A stretch of 64,000 bases of DNA, taken from positions 114,634 to 178,633 of the forward strand of contig WSBC01000004.1 in assembly GCA_009758405.1 (NCBI GenBank), in the 5' to 3' direction. The translations under genes and the position numbers were made by a program. The DNA comes from Methanobacteriota archaeon. GTDB lineage: Archaea > Thermoplasmatota > Thermoplasmata > Thermoplasmatales > ARK-15. Under the pieces are notes generated by a model that made no database searches, was not told the origin of the DNA, and saw only the letters and a program-made list of their open reading frames with translations. Shown here piece by piece: positions 37,438 through 47,056 of the stretch. Position 1 is the first letter of the stretch. Each line of letters opens with the position of its first letter.

Positions 37438-39342
37438 TCATATCACCCCCATAATTTTCCCAAGTATTAGAAAGACGATTAATCCAATTATTACAAAGGT
37501 AGCATAATTCTGAACAATGCCTGTCTGCAGCCTCCTTGTTATTGAAGCAAGATAATTGAATGATTTTCCTATACCGTTTACAAAGCCATCCACTATATAC
37601 CTGTCAAAAAGGGCCACAACATATGATAGGTATACAATCAACCTATCTGCAATTATATTTGTATATAAATAATCTAGATAATACTTGGCCTTAACAATTC
37701 TGTATGCAAATCCTGATTTTCTAGCAAAATTCTGAGCTGAGAACCTAGAAGATCCATAGAACAGCCATGCTATATAAATACCGAACAGCACTAATATAAA
37801 TGGCAAAATTTCAATATAAAGTGGTAATGTAAATTCAAAATTCCCTATATATTTATAAAATCCTTCTTGGAAAATACCGTATATTAATGAAAATATAGAG
37901 AGAATTACAATAGGCGCCAACATTACCCATGGTGGATCTTTTGCATTCTCCGCCGCATAACTCTTTGGCTTTCCAAGTGCCACAATGAAAAACATTCTGA
38001 ATGTATAAAGTGTGGTTAGAAATGCACCTATTAAAAGAAGTATCCATGCATAATATATTCCTGGGTTTTGCTCTGAGAAATAATAGGAAAGTGAAATAAT
38101 TTCATCCTTACTGAAATATCCAGCAGTTGGTGGAAATCCAACAAGTGTTAGGGCTCCTATAAGCATTGCAGTAATTGTAATTGGCATCCTTTTCCATAGG
38201 CCACCCATCTTCCTTATGTCCCTTATATCAAGAAGTGAATATAATATAGCTCCTGCAGTAAGAAATAGGAGAGCCTTAAGGAATGCATGAACTATGAGAT
38301 GGTATATGCTTATGGATATTGTATACTGACTTGCAACAATACCAAGCCCAAGTGCTGAAAGCATATACCCAAGCTGGCTTATGGTCGAATAGGCGAGAAT
38401 TCTCTTGATATCGTTCATAACAAGGCCCATTGTTCCTGCGAGAAATGCGGTGAATGCACCAACATAAAGTACAAGATATCCTGCCCATGGAGCTGCATAT
38501 AAATAAACAGGGTATATCCTGGCAACTAAATAAATTCCTGCAGTTACCATCGTAGCTGCGTGTATTAATGCAGATACTGTGGTAGGACCCTCCATCGCAT
38601 CCGGTATCCATACATGTAAGGGGAACTGTGCAGACTTACCTGCTGCACCACCAAGGACCAAAGCACCAGCCAATGCAAGCTGATCCTTAGGAACAATATT
38701 CGCATATTTTAATATATTATAGATTGAAAGTGGATCGCCTGTTTTAATCACTGGCAATAGTGACCAGTATAAAACAGCCAGGCCAAGAATCAGAAGAACA
38801 TCCCCCACCCTGGTTACTATGAAGGCCTTTTTTGCAGCTGATGCAGCATTAGGCTTAAACCACCAGAAGCCTATCAATAGATATGAGCACAGGCCAACAA
38901 GCTCCCAGAAAAGGAAGAACATGACCATATTTGAGCTCAGAACCAGCCCAAGCATGCCACCTGTAAAGAGTGATGTTTCAGCAAAATATACGTGTCTGTT
39001 AGGATCCTTACCCATGTAGCCAATAGCAAACATATGTATAAGGAATGATACTCCTGATACCATCATAGCCATTGCTATTGAGAGTGGATCCACGAATACT
39101 CCCCAGGTAAAATTATAAAACCACCCATTCTGGTAATAAAATGACTCATTTAGGCTATAAAGGTAATAGGATAATAGGAAGGATATGAATATCCCGGATG
39201 TTGCCAGTATTCCGGAATATCTCCTGAATTTTTCAAATTTCTTTCCTAAAAGTAAAATTATTGGGAAGAGGATTATTGGAATGAGGAATATTAGCACGGC
39301 GGCAAGAACACCAGGATTTAAAAATTCTTCAACTTGATACAT
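37438..39342 (-). CDS. nuoL: NADH-quinone oxidoreductase subunit L (antiporter-like, long C-terminal helix)
   Basis: 634 aa; FLFWELVGLCSYLLIGFW, GKSAQFPLHVWIPDAMEGPT. Confidence 0.85.
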   Translation of the reverse strand: MYQVEEFLNPGVLAAVLIFLIPIILFPIILLLGKKFEKFRRYSGILATSGIFISFLLSYYLYSLNESFYYQNGWFYNFTWGVFVDPLSIAMAMMVSGVSFLIHMFAIGYMGKDPNRHVYFAETSLFTGGMLGLVLSSNMVMFFLFWELVGLCSYLLIGFWWFKPNAASAAKKAFIVTRVGDVLLILGLAVLYWSLLPVIKTGDPLSIYNILKYANIVPKDQLALAGALVLGGAAGKSAQFPLHVWIPDAMEGPTTVSALIHAATMVTAGIYLVARIYPVYLYAAPWAGYLVLYVGAFTAFLAGTMGLVMNDIKRILAYSTISQLGYMLSALGLGIVASQYTISISIYHLIVHAFLKALLFLTAGAILYSLLDIRDIRKMGGLWKRMPITITAMLIGALTLVGFPPTAGYFSKDEIISLSYYFSEQNPGIYYAWILLLIGAFLTTLYTFRMFFIVALGKPKSYAAENAKDPPWVMLAPIVILSIFSLIYGIFQEGFYKYIGNFEFTLPLYIEILPFILVLFGIYIAWLFYGSSRFSAQNFARKSGFAYRIVKAKYYLDYLYTNIIADRLIVYLSYVVALFDRYIVDGFVNGIGKSFNYLASITRRLQTGIVQNYATFVIIGLIVFLILGKIMGVI

Positions 39343-39345
39343 CGC

Positions 39346-39648
39346 TCACCACCTCAGATCCATCAACGATTTTAGACCAATTCCCTTTGTCTGCCTGTAA
39401 AGGGCAACGAATATTGCAAATCCTATTGCTGCCTCTGCTGCTGCAATCGCAATAGAAAGAAGAACAAACATTATTCCTGATGAATCAGCTATATTGACCG
39501 CCCATGCCACTATGTTGAGGTTAGCGCTGTTTACAAGAATTTCAATGCTTATCAATAGCCTTATTCCACCCTTCACAGTTAGTATTCCATATAAACCAAC
39601 TGTAAACATCATAAGACTGACTGTCAAAACATAGATAAGGGGTATCAT
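39346..39648 (-). CDS. nuoK: NADH-quinone oxidoreductase subunit K
   Basis: 100 aa, 3 TM; ..IAAAEAAIGFAIFVALYR. Confidence 0.8.
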   Translation of the reverse strand: MIPLIYVLTVSLMMFTVGLYGILTVKGGIRLLISIEILVNSANLNIVAWAVNIADSSGIMFVLLSIAIAAAEAAIGFAIFVALYRQTKGIGLKSLMDLRW

Positions 39649-39896
39649 CTTTTCTCCTCCTTTGAAGCTAAATAGAATGCACCTATCATAGATGTAAGAA
39701 GGAGTATTGACATAAGTAAAAATACTGGTGAAAAATTACCCATGGTAATCATGGCAACATTTATCAGGTCCTCAGTCCTTCCTGATATATTTCCACTTAA
39801 ATTATAAATGAATGTAAATACCATTATAAAGAATAATATTGCAATTATTATGGAAAGTATATTCCTGGGTGAAAAATCAATCTTCAACTTCCTCAC
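39645..39896 (-). CDS. nuoJ: NADH-quinone oxidoreductase subunit J, C-terminal part (J2)
   Basis: 83 aa, 2 TM ending ..LLLTSMIGAFYLASKEE; overlaps J1 by 20 nt in another frame. Confidence 0.6.
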   Translation of the reverse strand: MRKLKIDFSPRNILSIIIAILFFIMVFTFIYNLSGNISGRTEDLINVAMITMGNFSPVFLLMSILLLTSMIGAFYLASKEEKR

Positions 39897-40125
39897 CCCT
39901 GGTAAGCATTATTGTGAATAATATTAATATAATAACGGCACCAACATATACAAGAATCTGTACCATGGCAAGGAATTGTGCATTTAGTATTACATATAGA
40001 GTTGCTATTGATAATAAGAAGAATGTGAGTGCGAAAGCAGCCCTCAAAAGATTTTTATCCGAGACTGCCCAGATACCGAAGACTATTCCAATAATACCTA
40101 CAATTAGGAATACTGTTTCAATCAT
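39877..40125 (-). CDS. nuoJ: NADH-quinone oxidoreductase subunit J, N-terminal part (J1)
   Basis: 82 aa, 3 TM; ..NAQFLAMVQILVYVGAVIILILFTIML. Confidence 0.65.
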   Translation of the reverse strand: MIETVFLIVGIIGIVFGIWAVSDKNLLRAAFALTFFLLSIATLYVILNAQFLAMVQILVYVGAVIILILFTIMLTRGEEVED

Positions 40126-40525
40126 GTCTCATCAGCTCCTTTTCACTCCTTGAAAGTCTATCCGGAAGATAATCAAGATCCTTATTATAATAGGCAAGTT
40201 CGAATTCGTTGGATAGCCTTATTGATCCTGTGGGACATACCTCCTGACAAAGTCCACAGTATGTGCATACACCAATGTTCACTGCAGGATATATCTTTCT
40301 CTTATTTTTACCGTTATCATAATCATAATATACCATATGATCTGCATGGTTGGGACATATCTGTGAGCATAGTGTACAGCCTATGCATGTATCCAGATTT
40401 AATATAACCCTACCCCTAAACCTCTTTGTATGCCATGGTATTGGCTCTTCCGGGTACTGAACTGTTACGGGCTTCCTGAAAAGATGTTTTATTACCTGTA
40501 ACATTCCCTTAAGAATTCCCTTCAT
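40118..40525 (-). CDS. nuoI: NADH-quinone oxidoreductase subunit I (2x[4Fe-4S])
   Basis: 135 aa; CIGCTLCSQICP and CTYCGLCQEVCP. Confidence 0.85.
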   Translation of the reverse strand: MKGILKGMLQVIKHLFRKPVTVQYPEEPIPWHTKRFRGRVILNLDTCIGCTLCSQICPNHADHMVYYDYDNGKNKRKIYPAVNIGVCTYCGLCQEVCPTGSIRLSNEFELAYYNKDLDYLPDRLSRSEKELMRHD

Positions 40526-41590
40526 TCAGAACACCCCCAGGCCTACAAGCATTACACTCCAAACAAGGTTTATCAATGAAAGTGGTAGGAGTATCTTCCA
40601 TCCAAAGTTCATAAACTTGTCCACCCTTATCCTTGGAAGTGCTATCCAAAGTGTAAGAAAAATGAACATAAATATGAAGGCCTTTATTAATAGCCAGATA
40701 TAGCCAGATCCATAAAATATAAAATCACTTCCCCCTCCTAGATAAACCACAGAAATAAAGAGGGACGCAAGAAAAACACTACCAAATACACCGAGATAGA
40801 ATATTCCAAACCTGAGACCTGAATATTCAACATTAAAGCCTGAAACAAGTTCGCTTTCACTTTCGGGAAGGTCAAAGGGGACTACCGCCATCTTTGCCAC
40901 CATGGCTATGAAAAAGACAAAGAAACCGATGGGTTCAAGGATTGCAAGTGGCCAGGGGTATTTTGCAATATTTGCGAGGTTTAATGAATCTCCATAACCT
41001 GATAAAAGGACCACTACCCCCAGGGCAGATATTACCATGGGTATTTCATAGCTTAGATCCTGAGCAGCTGCCCTTAGGGCACCAAGCATTGAGAACTTGT
41101 TACCAGAAGAGAGCCCTGCTATTACCTCACCTATTGGTGCTATTGCTGAAAAGGCAATTAGGAGGAGAAGAGTATACTTTACATTAACAAATGTAAGGTC
41201 AAGTCCAAAAAGGTTACCGTAGGGAATAACAAGATATGAAAGTACTAGGAATGTAAAAACTATGTAAGGTGCAAACCTGAACAGCAATGGATCTGCCCTG
41301 TCAGGAATAATGTCCTCTTTACCGAATATCTTCAAGGCATCCGCTATAAGCTGAAGGAGGCCATATGGACCTACCCTGTTTGGGCCTATCCTTTGTTGAA
41401 GGTCTGCCATATATTTCCTGAATATGTATATCACAATTATTATTGTAAGTGATGCGGCCAGAAGAATCAGTAATGAGGCTATTAAATATACAAGAATTTC
41501 CTGAACATACTGTCCATATATCCCATAGACACTGAAATCTATGCCAAGGTACTTCAAAATATATTCTATAAATAAAAGAACATTGATCAT
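40526..41590 (-). CDS. nuoH: NADH-quinone oxidoreductase subunit H
   Basis: 354 aa; QQRIGPNRVGPYGLLQLIADALK, VPFDLPESESELV. Confidence 0.85.
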   Translation of the reverse strand: MINVLLFIEYILKYLGIDFSVYGIYGQYVQEILVYLIASLLILLAASLTIIIVIYIFRKYMADLQQRIGPNRVGPYGLLQLIADALKIFGKEDIIPDRADPLLFRFAPYIVFTFLVLSYLVIPYGNLFGLDLTFVNVKYTLLLLIAFSAIAPIGEVIAGLSSGNKFSMLGALRAAAQDLSYEIPMVISALGVVVLLSGYGDSLNLANIAKYPWPLAILEPIGFFVFFIAMVAKMAVVPFDLPESESELVSGFNVEYSGLRFGIFYLGVFGSVFLASLFISVVYLGGGSDFIFYGSGYIWLLIKAFIFMFIFLTLWIALPRIRVDKFMNFGWKILLPLSLINLVWSVMLVGLGVF

Positions 41591-42693
41591 CTATCCACCT
41601 CCCCAAAAACAGGATCAAGAGTGGATATTGTTGCAATCATATCTGCAATTTTCAGCCCCTTTACCATTATGTTTGTTGCCGATAAATTATGGAATGCAGG
41701 GGATCTTATCCTTACCCTGTATGGTCTGTAAGTACCATCACCAACAATATAAACACCAAATTCACCTCTAGGGGATTCAGTTCTTGAATAAACCTCACCC
41801 TTACCCTTTATTTTTAACAGACCCTGTTTCCTATAAACAGGGTTGAAATATTCACCTTCAGGAATTCTATCAAATGCCTGTTTCGCTATCCTAAGGGATT
41901 GTTTCATCTCCTCTATCCTTACCTTATATCTTGCATAGTTATCGCATTCATTCGAGGTGGGAACCTCAAATTCTACCTTATCATAATGTAAATAGGGGAA
42001 TTTCTTTCTAATATCATACTTTATTCCACTTGCCCTCAATACGGGACCTGTAATACTATAGCTCATTGCATCCTCAGGGGAAAGGTAGCCTATGCCCTTC
42101 ATCCTCTGTATGAATATCTCATTTTCATCAAATATCTTCTGTATCTCTTCAAGTCTCTTTGGAAATTCATTATAAAATTCAAGAAATTTATCTTTAAACT
42201 CATTTGGTATATCTTTATAAACACCACCAATACTAATATAATTGTATGTAAGTCTTGCACCTGAAAGCATCTCGAACATCTGAACTATCTTTTCTCTCTC
42301 CCTGAAGGTATAGAAGAATGGTGTTATCATTCCAAGGTCAAGACCCATTGTCCCAAGCCATACCAGGTGGCTTGCAATCCTGTTTAGCTCCACCACCATC
42401 ATCCTTATCCATTGTGCCCTCTCTGGAACCTCTATATCTGCAAGTTTTTCTACTGCAAGAACATATCCAAGTTCCATATTATGATTGCTCACATAATCTA
42501 ACCTGTCCATAAATATTAGAACAGATGGATAAAACTTATTTTCCGATAATTTTTCAGCATTCCTATGTAAATATCCTATAATTGGGTGTGCCTCTACTAT
42601 TGTTTCTCCATTTAACTTTACCCTTAGTCTTAGGACACCGTGGGTAGAAGGGTGTTGTGGTCCAAAATTCACATCTATTATCCTTTCCTCCAT
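41587..42693 (-). CDS. nuoD: NADH-quinone oxidoreductase subunit D
   Basis: Start MEERIIDVNFGPQHPSTHGVLRL at 42693 (the track start at 42717 overlaps nuoC); ends ..DPVFGEVDR. Confidence 0.88.
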   Translation of the reverse strand: MEERIIDVNFGPQHPSTHGVLRLRVKLNGETIVEAHPIIGYLHRNAEKLSENKFYPSVLIFMDRLDYVSNHNMELGYVLAVEKLADIEVPERAQWIRMMVVELNRIASHLVWLGTMGLDLGMITPFFYTFREREKIVQMFEMLSGARLTYNYISIGGVYKDIPNEFKDKFLEFYNEFPKRLEEIQKIFDENEIFIQRMKGIGYLSPEDAMSYSITGPVLRASGIKYDIRKKFPYLHYDKVEFEVPTSNECDNYARYKVRIEEMKQSLRIAKQAFDRIPEGEYFNPVYRKQGLLKIKGKGEVYSRTESPRGEFGVYIVGDGTYRPYRVRIRSPAFHNLSATNIMVKGLKIADMIATISTLDPVFGEVDR

Positions 42694-42694
42694 T

Positions 42695-43147
42695 TTACCA
42701 CCCATCCTTAGGATCAAAACTCACCCTGTCTGTTCCATCATCGTTCATGTTAACAAACTGCTCCTTTGAAATATCATAGTCCTTGCGCAATGGATGACCT
42801 ACCCAACCCTCCGGAAGGAATATCCTTTTCAGGTCAGGATGTCCATTAAATTTTATACCCATTAGATCATAAATTTCCCTTTCAAACCAGTTTGCAGAAT
42901 CCCATAGTACTGTTGCGCTAGGAAGTACATCATCACTTGTTCTTACCTTGACAACAACCATCTTTTCTTCGTTATAAGATGAAAGATGATAAACTACCTC
43001 TCTATATTTAAGGTAATCAACAGCACTCATAAGAACAAGGTAATTGTATCCATTTTCCTTTAGATTTTTTAATTCTTCTATGAGCGATTCTGGATTCACT
43101 AAAATATATTCATTGCCATCCTTCATTTTTCCTCTTTCAATGATCAT
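42695..43147 (-). CDS. nuoC: NADH-quinone oxidoreductase subunit C (30 kDa)
   Basis: 150 aa; ..[24 protein letters not shown]. Confidence 0.85.
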   Translation of the reverse strand: MIIERGKMKDGNEYILVNPESLIEELKNLKENGYNYLVLMSAVDYLKYREVVYHLSSYNEEKMVVVKVRTSDDVLPSATVLWDSANWFEREIYDLMGIKFNGHPDLKRIFLPEGWVGHPLRKDYDISKEQFVNMNDDGTDRVSFDPKDGW

Positions 43148-43602
43148 CTTCCTGCCTCACCCTTCCTAATTTTTTCCTGGAGCTTATTGATTGCATAAAT
43201 AAGGGCCTCAGGGGTAGGTGGACAACCTGGAACATAAACATCCACAGGTATCACCTTGTCCACCCCCATTACCACAGAATAGGCGCCCTGATAAGGGCCA
43301 CCCGAGGTGGCGCAGGATCCATAGGCTATCACATACCTGGGTGATGCCATCTGCTCGTATAACCTTCTTACCCTAGGTGCCATTTTCTTTGTTACCGTCC
43401 CCGCAACAATCATCAAATCAGCCTGTCTAGGTGATGCCCTGAAAATTTCACTCCCAAATCTCCCAATATCATAATGAGAACCCTGTGTACCCATCATCTC
43501 AATTGCACAACAGGCAAGGCCGAATGTAAATGGCCACACTGAATTGCTTCTGCCCCAGTTAATTACCTCCTCGAGCTTTGCAAAAAATATTGAATCTGCC
43601 AT
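43144..43602 (-). CDS. nuoB: NADH-quinone oxidoreductase subunit B (20 kDa, N2 cluster)
   Basis: 152 aa; [28 protein letters not shown]. Confidence 0.9.
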   Translation of the reverse strand: MADSIFFAKLEEVINWGRSNSVWPFTFGLACCAIEMMGTQGSHYDIGRFGSEIFRASPRQADLMIVAGTVTKKMAPRVRRLYEQMASPRYVIAYGSCATSGGPYQGAYSVVMGVDKVIPVDVYVPGCPPTPEALIYAINKLQEKIRKGEAGR

Positions 43603-43606
43603 AATC

Positions 43607-43990
43607 TCATCTCCATTCCATATAACCCTTTTCTATAGCATATAATAGGCCTACAAGCATTATACCTATAAATGTAAATGCTATGAGATATGCATTGAAA
43701 ATATATTTTGCACTGAATGCCCATGGTATAAGGAGAACAACAGCCACGTCAAAAACTGTAAACATTAAGGCCACAAAATAATATTGTATATGTATTGGAC
43801 CCTTTGCATCACCAATTGTTTTTTCACCACATTCATATGTATCATTTCTATCCTTCTCCTGGTGTTTCATTGAAATTTTATTCTCTATCCAAAGCAGGAG
43901 AAAGACTGCAACAAGAGTAAACACAAAAGCCACCGCTATGATAAGGTAACCACCATCATACATAGGCAATTCACTAAACCTATAATGCAT
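43607..43990 (-). CDS. nuoA: NADH-quinone oxidoreductase subunit A
   Basis: 127 aa, 3 TM; TYECGE...[15 protein letters not shown]. Confidence 0.8.
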   Translation of the reverse strand: MHYRFSELPMYDGGYLIIAVAFVFTLVAVFLLLWIENKISMKHQEKDRNDTYECGEKTIGDAKGPIHIQYYFVALMFTVFDVAVVLLIPWAFSAKYIFNAYLIAFTFIGIMLVGLLYAIEKGYMEWR

Positions 43991-44058
43991 AACTATATTT
44001 TAAAGATTTCATGAAAAAAATATGAAAAATTTATTAATAAATTACACAATATACTGAT

Positions 44059-44117
44059 GCCACTGTGATGATCCCTACAATTGCTGAAAATGATGAAAGA
44101 CGGGCGGGCTGAGTGGC
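44059..44117 (+). ncRNA. Box C/D sRNA (2'-O-methylation guide)
   Basis: GCCAC-t-GTGATGA(C)-tccctacaattg-CTGA(D')-aaa-TGATGA(C')-aagacgggcggg-CTGA(D)-GTGGC. Both spacers are 12 nt, with a 5-bp terminal stem (GCCAC/GTGGC). AT-rich TATA-like TTATTAATAAATT ~20-30 nt upstream. Confidence 0.8.
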
Positions 44118-44130
44118 AAACAGTGATGTT

Positions 44131-44415
44131 ATGAGAATCCTTGTAATATACTACGATGATTCGGATATGAAGGTTTTAAATTATGTAAGGGATTTTGCCA
44201 AGGATATTTTAATATATACCCCTGATGAAAATAGGCCAATTCCTGGGTATAATAATTTTCATGGGGATCTTTTGGAAATTTTGGAAAAATTGAAGGGAAA
44301 TGTTGATGTTATTGCATTTAAAAAAAGAAAAAACTATCCTACAGGTAGTTTCTTCATAGGAGATCTTATCGATCGTTTAAAATCCATGGGATTTAAGATC
44401 CTAGTTATTTCTTAA
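44131..44415 (+). CDS. Hypothetical protein (~94 aa)
   Basis: MRILVIYYDDSDMKVLNYVRDFAKD... The track GTG start at 44113 lies inside the C/D sRNA terminal stem, so ATG 44131 is preferred. Confidence 0.45.
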   Translation: MRILVIYYDDSDMKVLNYVRDFAKDILIYTPDENRPIPGYNNFHGDLLEILEKLKGNVDVIAFKKRKNYPTGSFFIGDLIDRLKSMGFKILVIS

Positions 44416-45031
44416 ATTTTTTCCCTGTTATAAGGACAAAGGATCCTTCACCATAGCCCATTTTCCATTCCTCTTCCACTTCCTTACCAGGGGGGAAGAA
44501 GAGAGTCTGTGCATAATCCGTTATTATAAAACCTGCACTTTCAGCCATTGCCTCTATTTCCTTTATTGTAAAAAAATTTGCGTATTTATAAAAAGGATTT
44601 TCATTTTTTATTTTTAAATAGTATTTTCCATATTCACTATTCTTTTCTATTATTGCAATGAAAAGATTTCCATTATTGTTGATTACCCTATAGGCCTCAT
44701 TTAATACACACTGGGGATCTTCAACAAAACAAATAGTTACTATGATTGAAACATAATCGAATACACAGTCAGGGAATGGTAATTTTTCACCCCTTGCCTG
44801 TATTATTTCAATTCCTCTCTCCTTTGCAATTTTAAGCATTTTAAGGCTTGTATCAACTCCAATTTTTGTACCTAGTTTAGATGCGAACCTACCTGTACCT
44901 ACACCTATCTCAAGGCCAAATTTTTCAGCTTTTATAAAATTTTTTAATAATTTAATCTCGTTATGATAAAGAATCTTATGGCTATCAAACCATAAGTCAT
45001 AAATTTCTGTGTTTTCTTCAAAGATATTCAT
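44405..45031 (-). CDS. Class I SAM-dependent methyltransferase
   Basis: 208 aa; motif I GLEIGVGTGRF; Methyltransf_11-like. Confidence 0.75.
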   Translation of the reverse strand: MNIFEENTEIYDLWFDSHKILYHNEIKLLKNFIKAEKFGLEIGVGTGRFASKLGTKIGVDTSLKMLKIAKERGIEIIQARGEKLPFPDCVFDYVSIIVTICFVEDPQCVLNEAYRVINNNGNLFIAIIEKNSEYGKYYLKIKNENPFYKYANFFTIKEIEAMAESAGFIITDYAQTLFFPPGKEVEEEWKMGYGEGSFVLITGKKFKK

Positions 45032-45611
45032 CCATTATCCTTTTCAATATTTGTTTTACTATGTTATCTGGTAAACCAACTACCCCGGCAACGTATTCTT
45101 CATTCCAGGATTTAATATACTCAGAAAAAATCTCCCTCTCTATGTCTGAATCCATCCTGGGAATAATTTCATTATCTATTATGGATAGTATCTTCTTTTT
45201 TATTGATATTTTTTGTGCTATCCTTTCCTCCAGTTCTTCAATTTCTTCATCTATTTTTTTAAGCATTAATATTGGATCATCAACATTTCCAATGTTCTCA
45301 TCATAGTTGTTAATCTCCCTTTTCCTTATATCAAAAAAATAGGGTGTAAGATATATATTTAAAATAAAGCTCTCATCCAAACTGTAAATCTTCCTATTTG
45401 GACCAATTTCGCTTTTTTCAATTCCTCGCATTCTAACTATGTTGGTTTTTTCTAGGATGTAGAGATGTTTCATTACTGCCTGTTGTGATATACCAAGCTC
45501 CCTTGAAAGCTGGAGGGGATAAACCTCTCCGTGTATTAACCTGGAGAGTATCTCCCTCCTTGTCCTGTTTTCAATTGCAGATAATATTGAATCAATGTCT
45601 GTCATATTCAA
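45018..45611 (-). CDS. ArsR-type winged-helix transcriptional regulator with C-terminal coiled coil
   Basis: 197 aa; NRTRREILSRLIHGEVYPLQLSRELGISQQAVMKHLYILEKTNIV. Confidence 0.7.
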   Translation of the reverse strand: MNMTDIDSILSAIENRTRREILSRLIHGEVYPLQLSRELGISQQAVMKHLYILEKTNIVRMRGIEKSEIGPNRKIYSLDESFILNIYLTPYFFDIRKREINNYDENIGNVDDPILMLKKIDEEIEELEERIAQKISIKKKILSIIDNEIIPRMDSDIEREIFSEYIKSWNEEYVAGVVGLPDNIVKQILKRIMDEYL

Positions 45612-46135
45612 TCTATCTTTACCCTGGTTCCTCCCTTCTTTTTTGGCTGTTCCTTCTCCAATGTTACATCAAGGATACCATTGTGATAAGATGCCTTGGC
45701 TGTTTCTGGCTTTACCCTCTCTGGTAGTTCAATAACCTTATAGTACCTCCTTTCAGGCACGTCTGTTCTTATGGTGACCGTGGTCTCATCTACCTGAAGG
45801 TTTATCTGGTCCTTTTCAACTCCTGGTAATTCTGCTGTCACATAAACATTTTTTTCATCATCCGAAACATCTACCAGTGGCTCCCTATAGCCTTCAAGTT
45901 CGCTGAAGCCCATCTTCGGGACATTACCAAATTCCTCAATCCTGGGCTTCCCATCTGGACCTATCTTCATTGTAAATCCATATACAAATGGACCCTGTAC
46001 ATCACCCATGTGCCTGGAAATCTCATTAAATATCCTAGAGATCCTTTCGTTCATTCTCCTGAATTCTTCTTCGAAATCATCAAAGAAGAAATCGAAATTG
46101 AATTCATCCTCATCCCTTTTCTTTTTGAATACCAT
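45608..46135 (-). CDS. hsp20: Small heat-shock protein (Hsp20/alpha-crystallin)
   Basis: 175 aa; ..VDVSDDEKNVYVTAELPGVEKDQINLQV...ASYHNGILDVTLEK; GGAGGTG 6 nt upstream of the ATG. Confidence 0.85.
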   Translation of the reverse strand: MVFKKKRDEDEFNFDFFFDDFEEEFRRMNERISRIFNEISRHMGDVQGPFVYGFTMKIGPDGKPRIEEFGNVPKMGFSELEGYREPLVDVSDDEKNVYVTAELPGVEKDQINLQVDETTVTIRTDVPERRYYKVIELPERVKPETAKASYHNGILDVTLEKEQPKKKGGTRVKID

Positions 46136-46156
46136 ATTCTCACCTCCATATTAACA

Positions 46157-46198
46157 TATGGTTGTTCATTTATGGTTAATAACCAGTTATATTTAAAT
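46157..46198 (-). promoter_or_regulatory. hsp20 promoter with two AACCATA direct repeats between the TATA-like box and the SD (candidate operator)
   Basis: Minus strand: TTTAAATATA (46198-46189) .. AACCATA (46177-46171) .. AACCATA (46163-46157) .. GGAGGTG .. ATG 46135. Confidence 0.3.
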
Positions 46199-46202
46199 TT
46201 TT

Positions 46203-46949
46203 CTATTTGCCCACCACAACAATGAACGCAGTGTGGAGAAGGCCTGTATTTATAGGCCTTAATTCCCTTTGACCTACCTTCCATTGTCTGCTTATTATTT
46301 CATATACCTCTATACTTTTCGCACCAGTATCTTTAATTTTTTCAGCAAATAAATGTACCTGATTTATATTTGGAAGATAGGCAATTATCCTTCCATTTTC
46401 ATAGATTGATTCGTAGCATTCTCTTGAAATTGCTGATGGATCGGGTATATCCAGGAAAATTGCATCGTACTTTTTATTCATAAAATTAATTCTTTCATCA
46501 ACCTTAATTGAAATAAAATGAGAATCCCACCCAAGCCATTTCATTATATTACTAACATGTTCAAGATTAGATGATGAAGAATCGAATCCATAAAGGATCC
46601 CAGGTATGATATAATATAGAATACTTACCGAGAGATAACCAGATCCCACTCCCACCTCGGCTACTGTTGACCCTGGCCTCACCCCGGATTTTAAAAGCAT
46701 AAATCCGATGTCCTTTATTGATATTGTCTGTGTTATCTTTTCCATGTTTGATAAAATGTCTTCAAGAGAGGGTCTAACAATTAAAAATTCATGGTCTAAT
46801 ATCTTTATGGTGTCTCCGAAGGATAATTTAAGAAATCTCGATGTTTCTATAACACCTAATCCTGGTATCCATTCCTTTTTCCCACTCACTTTAACTATAA
46901 AAATACGCTTACCTTTAAGACCAATCAACTGCCCTTGTTCCACAAACAT
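46203..46949 (-). CDS. trmI: tRNA (adenine-N1)-methyltransferase TrmI/Gcd14
   Basis: 248 aa; EVGVGSGYLS, FLDIPDP, RPINTGLLHTAFIVVVGK. Confidence 0.8.
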   Translation of the reverse strand: MFVEQGQLIGLKGKRIFIVKVSGKKEWIPGLGVIETSRFLKLSFGDTIKILDHEFLIVRPSLEDILSNMEKITQTISIKDIGFMLLKSGVRPGSTVAEVGVGSGYLSVSILYYIIPGILYGFDSSSSNLEHVSNIMKWLGWDSHFISIKVDERINFMNKKYDAIFLDIPDPSAISRECYESIYENGRIIAYLPNINQVHLFAEKIKDTGAKSIEVYEIISRQWKVGQRELRPINTGLLHTAFIVVVGK

Positions 46950-47056
46950 TAATGCCTTTGTAAATATATAAGATTTTAATTTTGCCCTAATTATAATAAT
47001 TTTAAAAATTTATTTGACCATAATTTTTAAATAAAAAATTATTTAATCTATTAAAC

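Noticed and set aside
39645-40125. nuoJ split into two overlapping ORFs (82 + 83 aa) as a frameshift pseudogene or a recoding site.
   Set aside because: Separate nuoJ1/nuoJ2 genes are annotated in other archaea such as haloarchaea. Both halves are intact with their own starts, and the rest of the operon is intact. I therefore treat it as a natural split.
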